A DNA stretch of 64,000 nt from Vulcanimicrobiota bacterium (lineage in GTDB: Bacteria; Vulcanimicrobiota; Vulcanimicrobiia; Vulcanimicrobiales; Vulcanimicrobiaceae), in assembly GCA_963733295.1 (NCBI GenBank), contig CAVTCS010000003.1, positions 2,848,001 through 2,912,000 of the forward strand. The letters run 5' to 3'. A model generated the notes under the pieces. That model saw only the letters and a list, made by a program, of their open reading frames with translations. It ran no database searches and was not told where the DNA came from. Both the position numbers and the translations under genes were made by a program. Below, piece after piece: positions 18,778 through 27,819 of the stretch (within the stretch, counting starts at the first letter, position 1; each line of letters opens with the position of its first letter).

Positions 18778-20251
18778 CCGCGCGAGCCGGCGTGCGGCAC
18801 GCGCACTCCTATTCCTGAGCGCCGCCCTTTGCACGGGGCAGGCCGTCTCGACGCCGGCTCCAGCGAGCCCCGCGGCTGCGCCGTTCGAGGTTGCCAAGTG
18901 GCGCGAGGACTTCGTGCAGCTGCGCGACGCGATGTCGGCACACGACGCAAACCTCGCGTGGGCTGCGCGCGTTCGGCGCACCGACCTTGCCGCGCTCGTC
19001 GCGCAAACCTCCGCGCGCCTCGATGCGGCAACGTCGGCGGCCGAGGCGCGCAGCGCGTTCGAAGCCTTTCTCACGAAGATGGGGGACGGTCACCTCGAGA
19101 TCGACTGGCCTCAGCCTGACTCAACTCCGGCGCCGGTGCCCGACTTGTGCGGCCGGCTCGGATATCGCGAACGCCGTCTCTCGCCCGGCCTGCAGTTCCA
19201 GATGCTACCGGCCTCGCGAGCGACGCGATCGCGACGATACTTCCCGACGTCGGTGCTGGAGCTGCCTGATGGATCCGCGATCGGCATTATTCGCATCGGC
19301 GTCTTCAGCTCGAAATGGTACCCGGAGCTGTGTGCGGGCGCGTTGCCAGGCCTTCATCTTACGGCGACTTCAGCGTGCGATGACGACTGCTCCGACCGCG
19401 TCGAACTTGCGGCGGAAAACGAGCTCACCAAGCAGCTCACGGCGGCACTCGTCGCGCTGGAAGGGACGCCACGGCTCCGTCTGCTCGCGGTCGACCTCAC
19501 GCGCAACGGCGGCGGCACCGATTGGGAGGAGCCGGCGGCACGCGAATTGACCCCGGTCCGGCTGCGTTCGCCGCGCATGGGCTTCGTCAAGCACGAACAT
19601 TGGGAACGCTCCTTCACGCAAGCACTCGACGCGATTCGTGGCGATCTGCCGCATGCGACGAGCGGCTACCGCGAGCTGCTGCTGCGCGCGCAAGGCACGT
19701 ACACGCAACTCTTAGCGGAATCTCGGCAGCACTGCGATCAGGACGCGCTCTGGCTGGACGATTCCATCCCTTGCAGTATCGTCGGTGAGGGCGCGCTCTA
19801 CACGACGGGAACGTTGGCCTACGCGGCGCCAGGTGCGCTTCCGGGGAATGACCGTTCGGCTGCGTACCTGTTCCTCCCGAGTACCTATGTCTACCGCGAA
19901 GGCGTCTACCGTGGGCCGCTCGCCGTGCTCGTCGACGGCAACACGGCCTCTGCCGGGGAACGCTTTGCAGCGGTGTTCCAAGACAACAAGGCGGCGCGCA
20001 TCGTCGGGCTCCCCACGTTCGGCGCGGGCTGCGGCTATACGAACGGCGGTATTCCGACGCAGCTCACGAACAGCGGCGCGACGGTCATGATGCCGGACTG
20101 CGTTCAATTCCGGGCGGACGGTACGAATGCCGTAGGGGGAATTACACCCGATGTTCTGGTGCCATGGCGCCCGAACGATAGCGATTTCCAGCGAGCCGAG
20201 CGCGCTTTTGAGGCGTTGCGCGCGCTCGCGCCCGCGCAAGGCCGAGGGTGA
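18758..20251 (+). CDS. S41-family (tail-specific) peptidase, secreted; start uncertain (ATC 18758 or GTG 18914)
   Basis: DGHL, VDLTRNGGG, VLVDGNTASAGE, IVGLPTFGAG, GITPD; signal-like stretch in frame upstream of 18914. Confidence 0.82.
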   Translation: MTSSPNNRASRRAARALLFLSAALCTGQAVSTPAPASPAAAPFEVAKWREDFVQLRDAMSAHDANLAWAARVRRTDLAALVAQTSARLDAATSAAEARSAFEAFLTKMGDGHLEIDWPQPDSTPAPVPDLCGRLGYRERRLSPGLQFQMLPASRATRSRRYFPTSVLELPDGSAIGIIRIGVFSSKWYPELCAGALPGLHLTATSACDDDCSDRVELAAENELTKQLTAALVALEGTPRLRLLAVDLTRNGGGTDWEEPAARELTPVRLRSPRMGFVKHEHWERSFTQALDAIRGDLPHATSGYRELLLRAQGTYTQLLAESRQHCDQDALWLDDSIPCSIVGEGALYTTGTLAYAAPGALPGNDRSAAYLFLPSTYVYREGVYRGPLAVLVDGNTASAGERFAAVFQDNKAARIVGLPTFGAGCGYTNGGIPTQLTNSGATVMMPDCVQFRADGTNAVGGITPDVLVPWRPNDSDFQRAERAFEALRALAPAQGRG

Positions 20252-20279
20252 GCCGAGGCCTCTCAGGAACAGTCGTCAC

Positions 20280-20669
20280 ATGCCACGCTACTTGCACACG
20301 TCGATCTTCGTCAGCGATATGGCGCAGTCGATCGATTTTTACACGAAGAAACTCGGACTGAAGCTGCTGGGCGGTCCAGATCATTTTCCCGGAAATGCGG
20401 ACATGGCGTTCGTCGGACAAGATTGGAACTCGTATATCGAGCTCGTCTTCGATCTCGAAGAGCACCCGCCGTACGAGATCGGCAATCGCTACGAGCATCT
20501 CGCGATCGAAGTCGACAGCGATCTGCCCGGCTACGTTGAGAAGCTGAAGTCGCAAGGCGTCAAGGTCCTCACCGCGCCCAAGAAGTCGCCGGGTGGAACG
20601 CGCTGGATCGCTTTCGTCGAAGATCCCAACGGAATTCCGGTCGAGTTACTCGAGCCGCGTCCGGCCTAA
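20280..20669 (+). CDS. VOC/glyoxalase I-family protein
   Basis: YLHTSIFVSD..SIDFYT, IELV, HLAIEV, FVEDPNGIPVELLE metal-ligand motifs. Confidence 0.9.
   Translation: MPRYLHTSIFVSDMAQSIDFYTKKLGLKLLGGPDHFPGNADMAFVGQDWNSYIELVFDLEEHPPYEIGNRYEHLAIEVDSDLPGYVEKLKSQGVKVLTAPKKSPGGTRWIAFVEDPNGIPVELLEPRPA
20495..20669 (+). repeat. Direct repeat copy A (3' 175 bp of VOC gene)
   Basis: Ungapped alignment with 23616-23790; first 28 bp identical; 23 mismatches by manual count. Confidence 0.95.
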
Positions 20670-20686
20670 CCGCCGGCAAGCCGGCG

Positions 20687-23500
20687 CTACATCAAGAGCG
20701 CTTCAGCGACCGCGGAATCCTCGCTCAACCCTCGTCCCGTCACGAGTTGCCGCTCCAGCTCTTCGTTGCCGAGCGCCTCGCGCAGCTTAGCACGTAATGC
20801 TCGCTCCAGAGTTTCCTCGGTGAACTCGCGAAACGCGCCGAGTTCGAGGAGCCGCGCATCGACGAAGCCGAGGACCCGGGCCGCACGTGCGAACCGTTCG
20901 GCGGAGGTTCCTTCGCCAGGCTCGACTTCGATTGTCAGCGCCGCGAGGTGCTGCACCGCGAAGGCGACGGTTACTTCGGCCTGATGCAATCTGGCAATCG
21001 ACAATGAATTGCGCGCGTGCGTACGCGCTTCGGCAAAACGCTCGAGCGTGATCAGGTATGCCGCCAAATTGGCGAAGTCGGTAGAGGCCGGCCGGCCCTT
21101 ACGGCTGCTCCTGTCCAAACTGATCGACTGCGAGACCATCTCGATCGCTTTTTCGACGTTACCCGCGTGAAATTCGGTTTCCCCGAGGTGGTTGGCTACC
21201 ATTGCGCTGTCGCGATCCAAACCAAGCATTTTGAAAATTGCGAGCGCTTCGTAATACACCAAACGTGCGCCCTCGAAATCGCCTGCGAAATCCCGGACGA
21301 CGCCGATCGTCCGCAGCGAGATCCCCGTTTCGCGTCGCGCGCCAAGCCGGCGGAACGTCTCAAGCGCGCTTTGTGCGAGCGGTTCCGATTCGGCGGCTCG
21401 CTCCGCAAAGGCAAGTGAGTGCGCCATGATGCGTTTCGCTCGGGCAGCATCGAGGTCGCTGCCGGTTTCGAGAGTCAGAGCGAGGGCGCGTTCTGCCGAC
21501 GCATACGCATCGCGAAATTTACTCAACGTCCCAGACAGTGTCGCATCGGTGAGCTCGAGGAGGACGGTCACCTCGAGCGGCGTCGCTTCGTCGCTGAGTT
21601 CCAGTCCCAAACGCGACCAGCGCTGGCCCTCGGCGGCGGCAAAGGCATGCCAGACGAAGCGCAGATTTCCGGCAATCTTCTGTCCGGCCGCGACGTCGCC
21701 GCGTTCGCCGAGCGACCAGGACAGCGCCGCACGCCAATTGTCGAGTTCGGTTTCGGCGAGATCGAACCACGCCCGGTCGGGCGTCGTCGCCCAACTCTCG
21801 GCGAAGTGCTCGGCCAAGCTCATGTAGGCGCGCGCGTGGGCCTGCGCCATGAGTTCGAGTTCGCCTCGTTCGGTCAACTTTTCGCGCGCATACTGACGCG
21901 TCGATTCGAGGAGACGGTAGCGGGTGTCGTCGGCGCTCAACTCGGCGTGCACCAGCGACTTGTCGACGAGCGACGAGAGCAGGTCGAGAACTTCGTACTC
22001 GGCGATCTTTTCGTCGGCACAAACGGCGACGGCGCTCTCGAGCGTGAACCCGCCGGCAAAGATCGCGAGACGCCGGAAGAGCAGCCGTTCTTGCTCGCTG
22101 AGAAGATCGTAGCTCCAGTCGACGAGCGCGCGCATCGTCTGCTGACGCGGCAGCGCCGTCCGGTCGCCCCCGGTGAGCAGACGGAAACGTTCGTCGAGTT
22201 TGTCGGCCAGCGCTTTCACCGAGAGCACTTTGACGCGCGCCGCAGCCAATTCGATCGCGAGGGGAATGCCGTCGAGGCGGCGACAAATCTCGGCTACGAC
22301 CGGCGCATTTTCATCGGTAAACGTGAAGCGTGTGTCGCTGGCTCGCGCTCGCGCCTCAAAGAGCGCAATGGCGCCGTACGTCAGGGCCTCCTCAGCGCTA
22401 ATTGTTTCCGAACGTACCGGCGTCGCGAGCGAGGGCATCCGGTAAACCGTTTCCCCGGCGATCCCGAGCCCTTCGCGCGTTGTGACAAGAATCGTCACGT
22501 TCGGACAACCCCGCAAGATCGCACCGGCAGCCTTCGCGGCCTCGGCGACGACGTGCTCGCAGTTGTCGAGGATGAGCATGCTGCGTTTCTCTTTGAGGTA
22601 CGTTACGATCGTGTCGAGGAGCGGCCGCGGCGGCGCTTCGCGAACGCCGAGCGCCGAAGCGATCGCGCTTGGAACGAGCGACGCGTCCAGCAACGGCGCG
22701 AACTCAACGAACCAGACGCCGTCGCCGGAGCCATCGAGGAGGTCGGCTCCGACTTGCACTGCGGTACGGGTCTTCCCGACGCCGCCCGTTCCGACGATCG
22801 AAAGCAGTTGCGTGCGTTCCAAGAGCGCCTCGATCTCGGCCACGTCTGCCTCGCGCCCGACGAACGTGGTCAGCTGGCGCGGCAAGTTGTTCGGCAGCGC
22901 ATCGAGCGAACGCAGCGCCGGAAAATCGGCCGGCAGATCGTCCGCGACGAGCTGGTAGACCCATTCGGGTCGCGCCAGGTCGCGTAAGCGGTGTTGTCCG
23001 AGATCGCGTAGCGTCACGCGCGGCGGCAGCATCCCCTGAGCGAGATCGGCGGCGATTCCCGAAACGAGCACCTGAGCGCCATGTCCGATCGCTAAGAGAC
23101 GTGCGGTTCGATTCACCGCGGGCCCGAAGTAGTCGCCATCGCGTTCGTCGGCTTCGCCGGTGTGAATCGCCATGCGTACTTTGAGGCCACCGATGCCACC
23201 CCAATCTTCCGCGAGCAGGGCGGTCTCGGTAGCGTACGCAGCAGCCACCGCTTCGGGTGCCGTCCGGAAGGCGGCGCAGAACGCGTCGCCGATCGTCTTG
23301 AAGATGTAGCCGCCGCGCGCTTCGATCTCGCGTCGCAGGATCGCATCGTGCCGTCGCAAGGCCAGCTGCATCGCTTCGCGGTCACGTTCCCAGCGCTCGG
23401 TGCTGCCTTCGATATCGCTGAAGACGAAGGTCACCGTCCCCGACGGTAACTCGCGCCGTTCGACCGCGACCTCGCGCGGCGCAGCTTGCTCTCTCTCCAT
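20687..23500 (-). CDS. Class III adenylate cyclase - STAND ATPase - TPR protein
   Basis: FSDIEGST, KTIGDAF, DYFGPAVNRTAR; GTGGVGKT, LILDNCEH, LDGIPLAIELAA; helical TPR-like C-terminus. Confidence 0.92.
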   Translation of the reverse strand: MEREQAAPREVAVERRELPSGTVTFVFSDIEGSTERWERDREAMQLALRRHDAILRREIEARGGYIFKTIGDAFCAAFRTAPEAVAAAYATETALLAEDWGGIGGLKVRMAIHTGEADERDGDYFGPAVNRTARLLAIGHGAQVLVSGIAADLAQGMLPPRVTLRDLGQHRLRDLARPEWVYQLVADDLPADFPALRSLDALPNNLPRQLTTFVGREADVAEIEALLERTQLLSIVGTGGVGKTRTAVQVGADLLDGSGDGVWFVEFAPLLDASLVPSAIASALGVREAPPRPLLDTIVTYLKEKRSMLILDNCEHVVAEAAKAAGAILRGCPNVTILVTTREGLGIAGETVYRMPSLATPVRSETISAEEALTYGAIALFEARARASDTRFTFTDENAPVVAEICRRLDGIPLAIELAAARVKVLSVKALADKLDERFRLLTGGDRTALPRQQTMRALVDWSYDLLSEQERLLFRRLAIFAGGFTLESAVAVCADEKIAEYEVLDLLSSLVDKSLVHAELSADDTRYRLLESTRQYAREKLTERGELELMAQAHARAYMSLAEHFAESWATTPDRAWFDLAETELDNWRAALSWSLGERGDVAAGQKIAGNLRFVWHAFAAAEGQRWSRLGLELSDEATPLEVTVLLELTDATLSGTLSKFRDAYASAERALALTLETGSDLDAARAKRIMAHSLAFAERAAESEPLAQSALETFRRLGARRETGISLRTIGVVRDFAGDFEGARLVYYEALAIFKMLGLDRDSAMVANHLGETEFHAGNVEKAIEMVSQSISLDRSSRKGRPASTDFANLAAYLITLERFAEARTHARNSLSIARLHQAEVTVAFAVQHLAALTIEVEPGEGTSAERFARAARVLGFVDARLLELGAFREFTEETLERALRAKLREALGNEELERQLVTGRGLSEDSAVAEALLM

Positions 23501-23615
23501 GCCCCGCCGTCCATTCCCGCAGCCCGCCTGATTCTCCGGTTCCCAGCCCGGCGAGGGCCCGTCACAGCGTTAGCGGTAGACGAACGGATCGGCCGGCTGC
23601 GCGATGGCTCGCCAC

Positions 23616-23790
23616 GCATCTCGCGATCGAAGTCGACAGCGATTTGCCCGCGTACGTGGAGCGGCTGAAGTCCCAAGGCGTGAAGGTTCTCAAAGCGCCG
23701 AAGAAATCACCGGGCGGAACGCGCTGGGTCGCGTTCATCAAAGATCCCAACGGAATTCCGGTCGAGCTCCTCGAGCCGCGTCCGGCTTAG
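23616..23790 (+). pseudogene. Orphan 3' half of VOC gene (direct repeat copy B)
   Basis: Encodes HLAIEVDSDLPAYVERLKSQGVKVLKAPKKSPGGTRWVAFIKDPNGIPVELLEPRPA*; no in-frame start seen just upstream. Confidence 0.85.
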
Positions 23791-24635
23791 GCGCTCCGCT
23801 CGGGAAGCGGTTCCGCCTCCCGGATGAGCCGGCGGAAGCGGCCGGGCGGTGTGCCAAGTTCGGCGCCGAGGGCGCGCGTGAGATGACTTTGATCGGCGAA
23901 TCCGGCCGCGACGGCGATCTGCGAAAGCGCCGCGTCACCTTCACTGATCTCGCGACAGGCTTCGCGCAAACGCAGGTGCGCGACGTACGCGCCGAGCGTT
24001 TTCCCGCGAAAACGCCGGAACACGCGCGCGAGATGGGCGGGATGCACGTTCGCTTGCGCTGCGTAGTCAGCGAGTTCGAGCCGCTCCGCGAAGCGCCGGC
24101 GCAGGCGAGCTTCGACGCTCGCGAGCCAAGCGGGTTCGACCGCATCGAGCGGCCGGTTCGGCGCGGCGTGGCCGGCGAGCTCGTGGAGGAGCGCGGGCAC
24201 CTTCGTCTCGGCGTCCCGCTCGAAGCTGTCGCCGAAAACGGTGCGGCGCAACCGTAAGGCCAGCCACAATGCGTCGGAATCGTCGAGTTCGGTCAGATGT
24301 TGGTGAGGCGTGCCGAGCGCGGCAAGCAGCGGGCCCCAGCTGCGGCCGAGTTCGATCATGAAAAATCTTGCACCGCTCTCGCCGATGCGATCGCAATGGC
24401 ACATGCCCGCGGGGTGGTAGGCGAGCGTTAGCGGACGGTAGATGATTTCGCGCTCGCCCTCGCTTTCGCGATACGAGCCGGATTCGAGCAGGCCGAAATA
24501 CGGCGCCTCGTGGCCGTGTTCGGGAATCTCCCGCGCCCGCTCGTGCGCGACGAGCGAGAAGACCGCGTCGGCGGCGACGCGCTGGGAGCCCTCTCCGAGG
24601 AACTTGCCGATCGGGAACACGTTCGTTTCGTTCAA
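23787..24635 (-). CDS. AraC-family transcriptional regulator
   Basis: Cupin N-terminus (PEHGHE), VHPAHLARVFRR, GFADQSHLTR; TTG at 24635. Confidence 0.92.
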   Translation of the reverse strand: MNETNVFPIGKFLGEGSQRVAADAVFSLVAHERAREIPEHGHEAPYFGLLESGSYRESEGEREIIYRPLTLAYHPAGMCHCDRIGESGARFFMIELGRSWGPLLAALGTPHQHLTELDDSDALWLALRLRRTVFGDSFERDAETKVPALLHELAGHAAPNRPLDAVEPAWLASVEARLRRRFAERLELADYAAQANVHPAHLARVFRRFRGKTLGAYVAHLRLREACREISEGDAALSQIAVAAGFADQSHLTRALGAELGTPPGRFRRLIREAEPLPERSA

Positions 24636-24668
24636 GACGCCGGAACCCCCAGAGACTAGCTTGGTGGA

Positions 24669-25259
24669 ATGAAACGATCTCTCGCGCTCGCCGGACTCCT
24701 CGCTCTGTTGGGTGGTGCCGCGGCTACGGCCGGCGACGGCCCCGGTCACTCGCCCCAATATACCGCCGGCGGCGAGCTCGTGTTTCCCTCGGACTACCGC
24801 GACTGGGCGTACATCTCGTCGGGCCTGGCGATGTCGTACGCGCCGTTTAACAATTCTTCAGTGGGACCGATGTTCGACAACGTGTTCGTGGCACGCGAGT
24901 CGATGCAGGCTTTTCGCGCGACCGGCCACTGGCCGGATCCGACGACCTTCGTCATCGAGGTTCGCGGCTCGAGCAGCCACGGCTCGATCAACAAGTCGGG
25001 CAGTTTCCAAAGCGAACTGGTGAGCTTCGATGTCGAGGTTAAGGATGCGAGTCGCCCGGGAACCTGGCGCTACTACAGCTTCGACGCGAGCGCCGCAACG
25101 AAGCCCGCGAGCGCCGCTGCGTTTCCGCAAAGCGCCGGCTGCTTCGAATGTCACGCGAAACACGGGGCCGTGGAGCACACCTTCGTCCAGTTCTACCCGG
25201 CGCTCTTGCCGATCGCGCGCGCCAAAGGCACCGTGAACGCGTCGTACCACGACAGCTAG
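24669..25259 (+). CDS. Cytochrome P460/c'-beta family protein
   Basis: Signal peptide, PSDYRDW, FDNVFV, WPDPTTFVIE, VEVKD, WRYYSF, C-terminal CFECH, FVQFYP. Confidence 0.85.
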   Translation: MKRSLALAGLLALLGGAAATAGDGPGHSPQYTAGGELVFPSDYRDWAYISSGLAMSYAPFNNSSVGPMFDNVFVARESMQAFRATGHWPDPTTFVIEVRGSSSHGSINKSGSFQSELVSFDVEVKDASRPGTWRYYSFDASAATKPASAAAFPQSAGCFECHAKHGAVEHTFVQFYPALLPIARAKGTVNASYHDS

Positions 25260-25286
25260 CGCACGCGGAAGCACGTCTCGAAAGCT

Positions 25287-26471
25287 TTAGCGGTACATGA
25301 ACGGATCGGCCGGCGGCGCGATCTCGCGCCACGTTCCGGTGCGCAAGACGAACTCGCCGCGGGAGTCGCGCTCCAGCGTGCCGGAGGCTTCGATCCAGGT
25401 ACCGTCGCGAACCTCGAGCCGCCGCTCGGTCCGAAGCGCGACCGGCGAAGCGTCGGCGCGGCAACACGTGATCGCGTAGCGCACGAGCATCGAGCGAGTG
25501 CCGCGTCTTTGCGCGGTCCCGGTGAAACGCACGCTCGCGCCCGGATACGCATCCGCGAGATTCGTCGCGTCGACCTCCGAACGTGGCAGCGGCGATCCGG
25601 CGACGAGCGCGCCCGCTAGCGCGAGCGGCAGCGCGATCGAAGCACTCGTTCGCAGCGCAGCGGCGCGGCGCAGCGTGAGGTAAAGGCAGGTCGCCGCCGC
25701 GAGCGCGTTCGCGGGAAGCAGGCGCGGATGAACGAAACCGCCGCGACCACCGGCTACCAACATGATGCAGGCGAAGCCGAGCAGCGCGTAGTTGATTCTT
25801 CCGTCGCCGCGAGCCGGCGACGCGCTGTCGTGCGGCCAAGGGAACCGGCAGCGGCTTAGCACTGAGCTCAGAATTCCGGGCGGAAGGATGCCGGCCGTTG
25901 CGAGGAGCCCGGCCGCTGCCGCTGCCGACGTGCCGCGCAGACCCGCGGAGGTTGCGACTGCCGCACTCGCGCACGGGCTGACGATTCCGGCGAATGCGCC
26001 CGCTGCGAAGAGCAGCGCGGTTTCAAGCGGGCCGGCGTGCGGGCTCGCTGTCCGCAGCGCGTCGCAGGCGAGGGCGGAGGCGAAAGCTGCAAAGGCGATC
26101 GTTTCGAGTTCGGCCGGCGGATCTGGGCACGTGCGCGTCGCGCGGGTGGAAGTGGGCCGGTGAAGCGCGAGGCCGGCGGCGGCCGCGGCGACGCGCAGCA
26201 GCGCGACCAGGGGTCCGAAACTCAGCCAGCAGAGCGCGACGGCGGGCAGCGCCAGAGCGCCGGGCAGCGCACCGCAGCCGCACGAAGCGAGGGCGGCGAG
26301 CCGGCGAGTGCGGGGTGAGCGGAGGAAGAGGGCGGCCAGGACGAAGGGCGTGGCCTCGAAGGTGGTGCCGGCAGCCGAAGCGAGCGCTGCGTGGAGAAGC
26401 GGCGGCGGCAGGGTCAAGCTTAGAGCCGCGAGCGCGGGACGGAGGAGCCGGCGGACGGGCGGTCGAGGCAT
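25287..26471 (-). CDS. Membrane protein: DUF318-like permease fused to DUF1980/TIGR03943-like domain
   Basis: EATPFVL, SCGCG, SPCASAA in TM region; C-terminal RYAITCCRADA and PPADPFMY. Confidence 0.65.
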   Translation of the reverse strand: MPRPPVRRLLRPALAALSLTLPPPLLHAALASAAGTTFEATPFVLAALFLRSPRTRRLAALASCGCGALPGALALPAVALCWLSFGPLVALLRVAAAAAGLALHRPTSTRATRTCPDPPAELETIAFAAFASALACDALRTASPHAGPLETALLFAAGAFAGIVSPCASAAVATSAGLRGTSAAAAAGLLATAGILPPGILSSVLSRCRFPWPHDSASPARGDGRINYALLGFACIMLVAGGRGGFVHPRLLPANALAAATCLYLTLRRAAALRTSASIALPLALAGALVAGSPLPRSEVDATNLADAYPGASVRFTGTAQRRGTRSMLVRYAITCCRADASPVALRTERRLEVRDGTWIEASGTLERDSRGEFVLRTGTWREIAPPADPFMYR

Positions 26472-26502
26472 TCCGGTCGCTCGCTCGCGAATGGAGGATG
26501 AG

Positions 26503-27819
26503 ATGGAAAAAATCCGCGCCCCGCGGGGGACGGCAGACATCTATCCCCCCGAGAGCGCGCGTTGGCAAGCGTTCGAAGCGCGCGCTCGCGCTTTGGCGCG
26601 ACGTTTCGGCTACGGTGAGATCCGCACGCCGATGTTCGAAGCGACCGAGCTCTTCGTGCGAAGTGTCGGCGAAGCGACCGACATCGTCGAAAAAGAGATG
26701 TACACGTTCAGCGACAAGAGCGGCCGCAGCTTAACGTTGCGCCCGGAATGGACCGCGCCGGTCGTGCGCGCGATGCTCGAACACAACCTTCTCGCAACCG
26801 CATCGCAGCGGCTCTTCTATGTCGGGCCGTTCTTTCGCTACGAGCGGCCCCAAGCCGGGCGCTACCGTCAAGCCAATCAATTCGGGGTCGAATGTTTCGG
26901 TTTCGCGGGCCCGGAGGCCGACGTCGAGGTCATCGCGCTCGCGCACGAACTGCTGCGCACTTACGAGCTGCCCGGCGTCGCGCTCAAGCTGAACTCGATC
27001 GGCGACGCGTGTTGCCGCGGGGCTTATCGCGAAGCGCTGCTAACTTACTTCAGGCCGCACGCCTCGGAGCTGTCGGCCGATTCGCAGCGCCGGCTCGAAC
27101 GTAACCCGATGCGAATCCTCGATAGTAAGGAAGCTGAGGATCGAGCGCTCGTCGCCGGCGCGCCCGCGTTTCTCGATCACCTCTGCGGCGCTTGCGCGAC
27201 TCATTTCCGGGCGGTCTGCGCGCTGCTCGAAAGCGCGCAGATTCCCTTTACGATCGAGCCTCGGCTGGTGCGCGGCTTCGACTACTACACGCGCACGGTG
27301 TTCGAATTCGTCTCGGAAGCGCTGGGAGCGCAGAACACGCTCTGCGGCGGCGGCCGCTACGACGATTTGGTGCGCTCGCTCGGTGGTCCGCCGACGCCGG
27401 CGGTCGGTTTTGGTCTCGGCATCGAACGCTTCTTGATGGTCGTCGATGCGATCGGTGCGAAAACGCGCCAAGAACTCGAAGGTTTGGCGGTGATCGCGCT
27501 GGGTGCGGCGGCGCGCGAACGCGCGGTGCCGCTGGTCGCCGCGCTGCGGCGCCTCAGCGGAGAGGTTCCGGTCACGATCGACTATCAGGACGCCAAGATT
27601 GCGGCGCAGTTCAAACGTGCGGAGCGGGCCGGCGCGCGAGCCGCGCTCATTCTCGGCGACGACGAACTCGCTCGCGGCGAAGTCGTCGTACGCGATCTGA
27701 GCGCGCGCACTCAAGATACCATCCTGACGAAGGACGGCGATGCGTCCACGGCCGCATCCGTGCTGCACTGGTACCGCGCGCTGCCCGCGCACCGGGCCGC
27801 CGAGCGGGAGGCGGTGTGA
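26503..27819 (+). CDS. hisS: Histidyl-tRNA synthetase
   Basis: APRGTAD, LRPEWTA, FRYERPQAGRYRQ, LVRGFDYY, GGGRYD. Confidence 0.97.
   Translation: MEKIRAPRGTADIYPPESARWQAFEARARALARRFGYGEIRTPMFEATELFVRSVGEATDIVEKEMYTFSDKSGRSLTLRPEWTAPVVRAMLEHNLLATASQRLFYVGPFFRYERPQAGRYRQANQFGVECFGFAGPEADVEVIALAHELLRTYELPGVALKLNSIGDACCRGAYREALLTYFRPHASELSADSQRRLERNPMRILDSKEAEDRALVAGAPAFLDHLCGACATHFRAVCALLESAQIPFTIEPRLVRGFDYYTRTVFEFVSEALGAQNTLCGGGRYDDLVRSLGGPPTPAVGFGLGIERFLMVVDAIGAKTRQELEGLAVIALGAAARERAVPLVAALRRLSGEVPVTIDYQDAKIAAQFKRAERAGARAALILGDDELARGEVVVRDLSARTQDTILTKDGDASTAASVLHWYRALPAHRAAEREAV

Noticed and set aside
23604..24257. Plus-strand 217-aa ORF
   Set aside because: Out of frame with the VOC fragment and antisense to AraC
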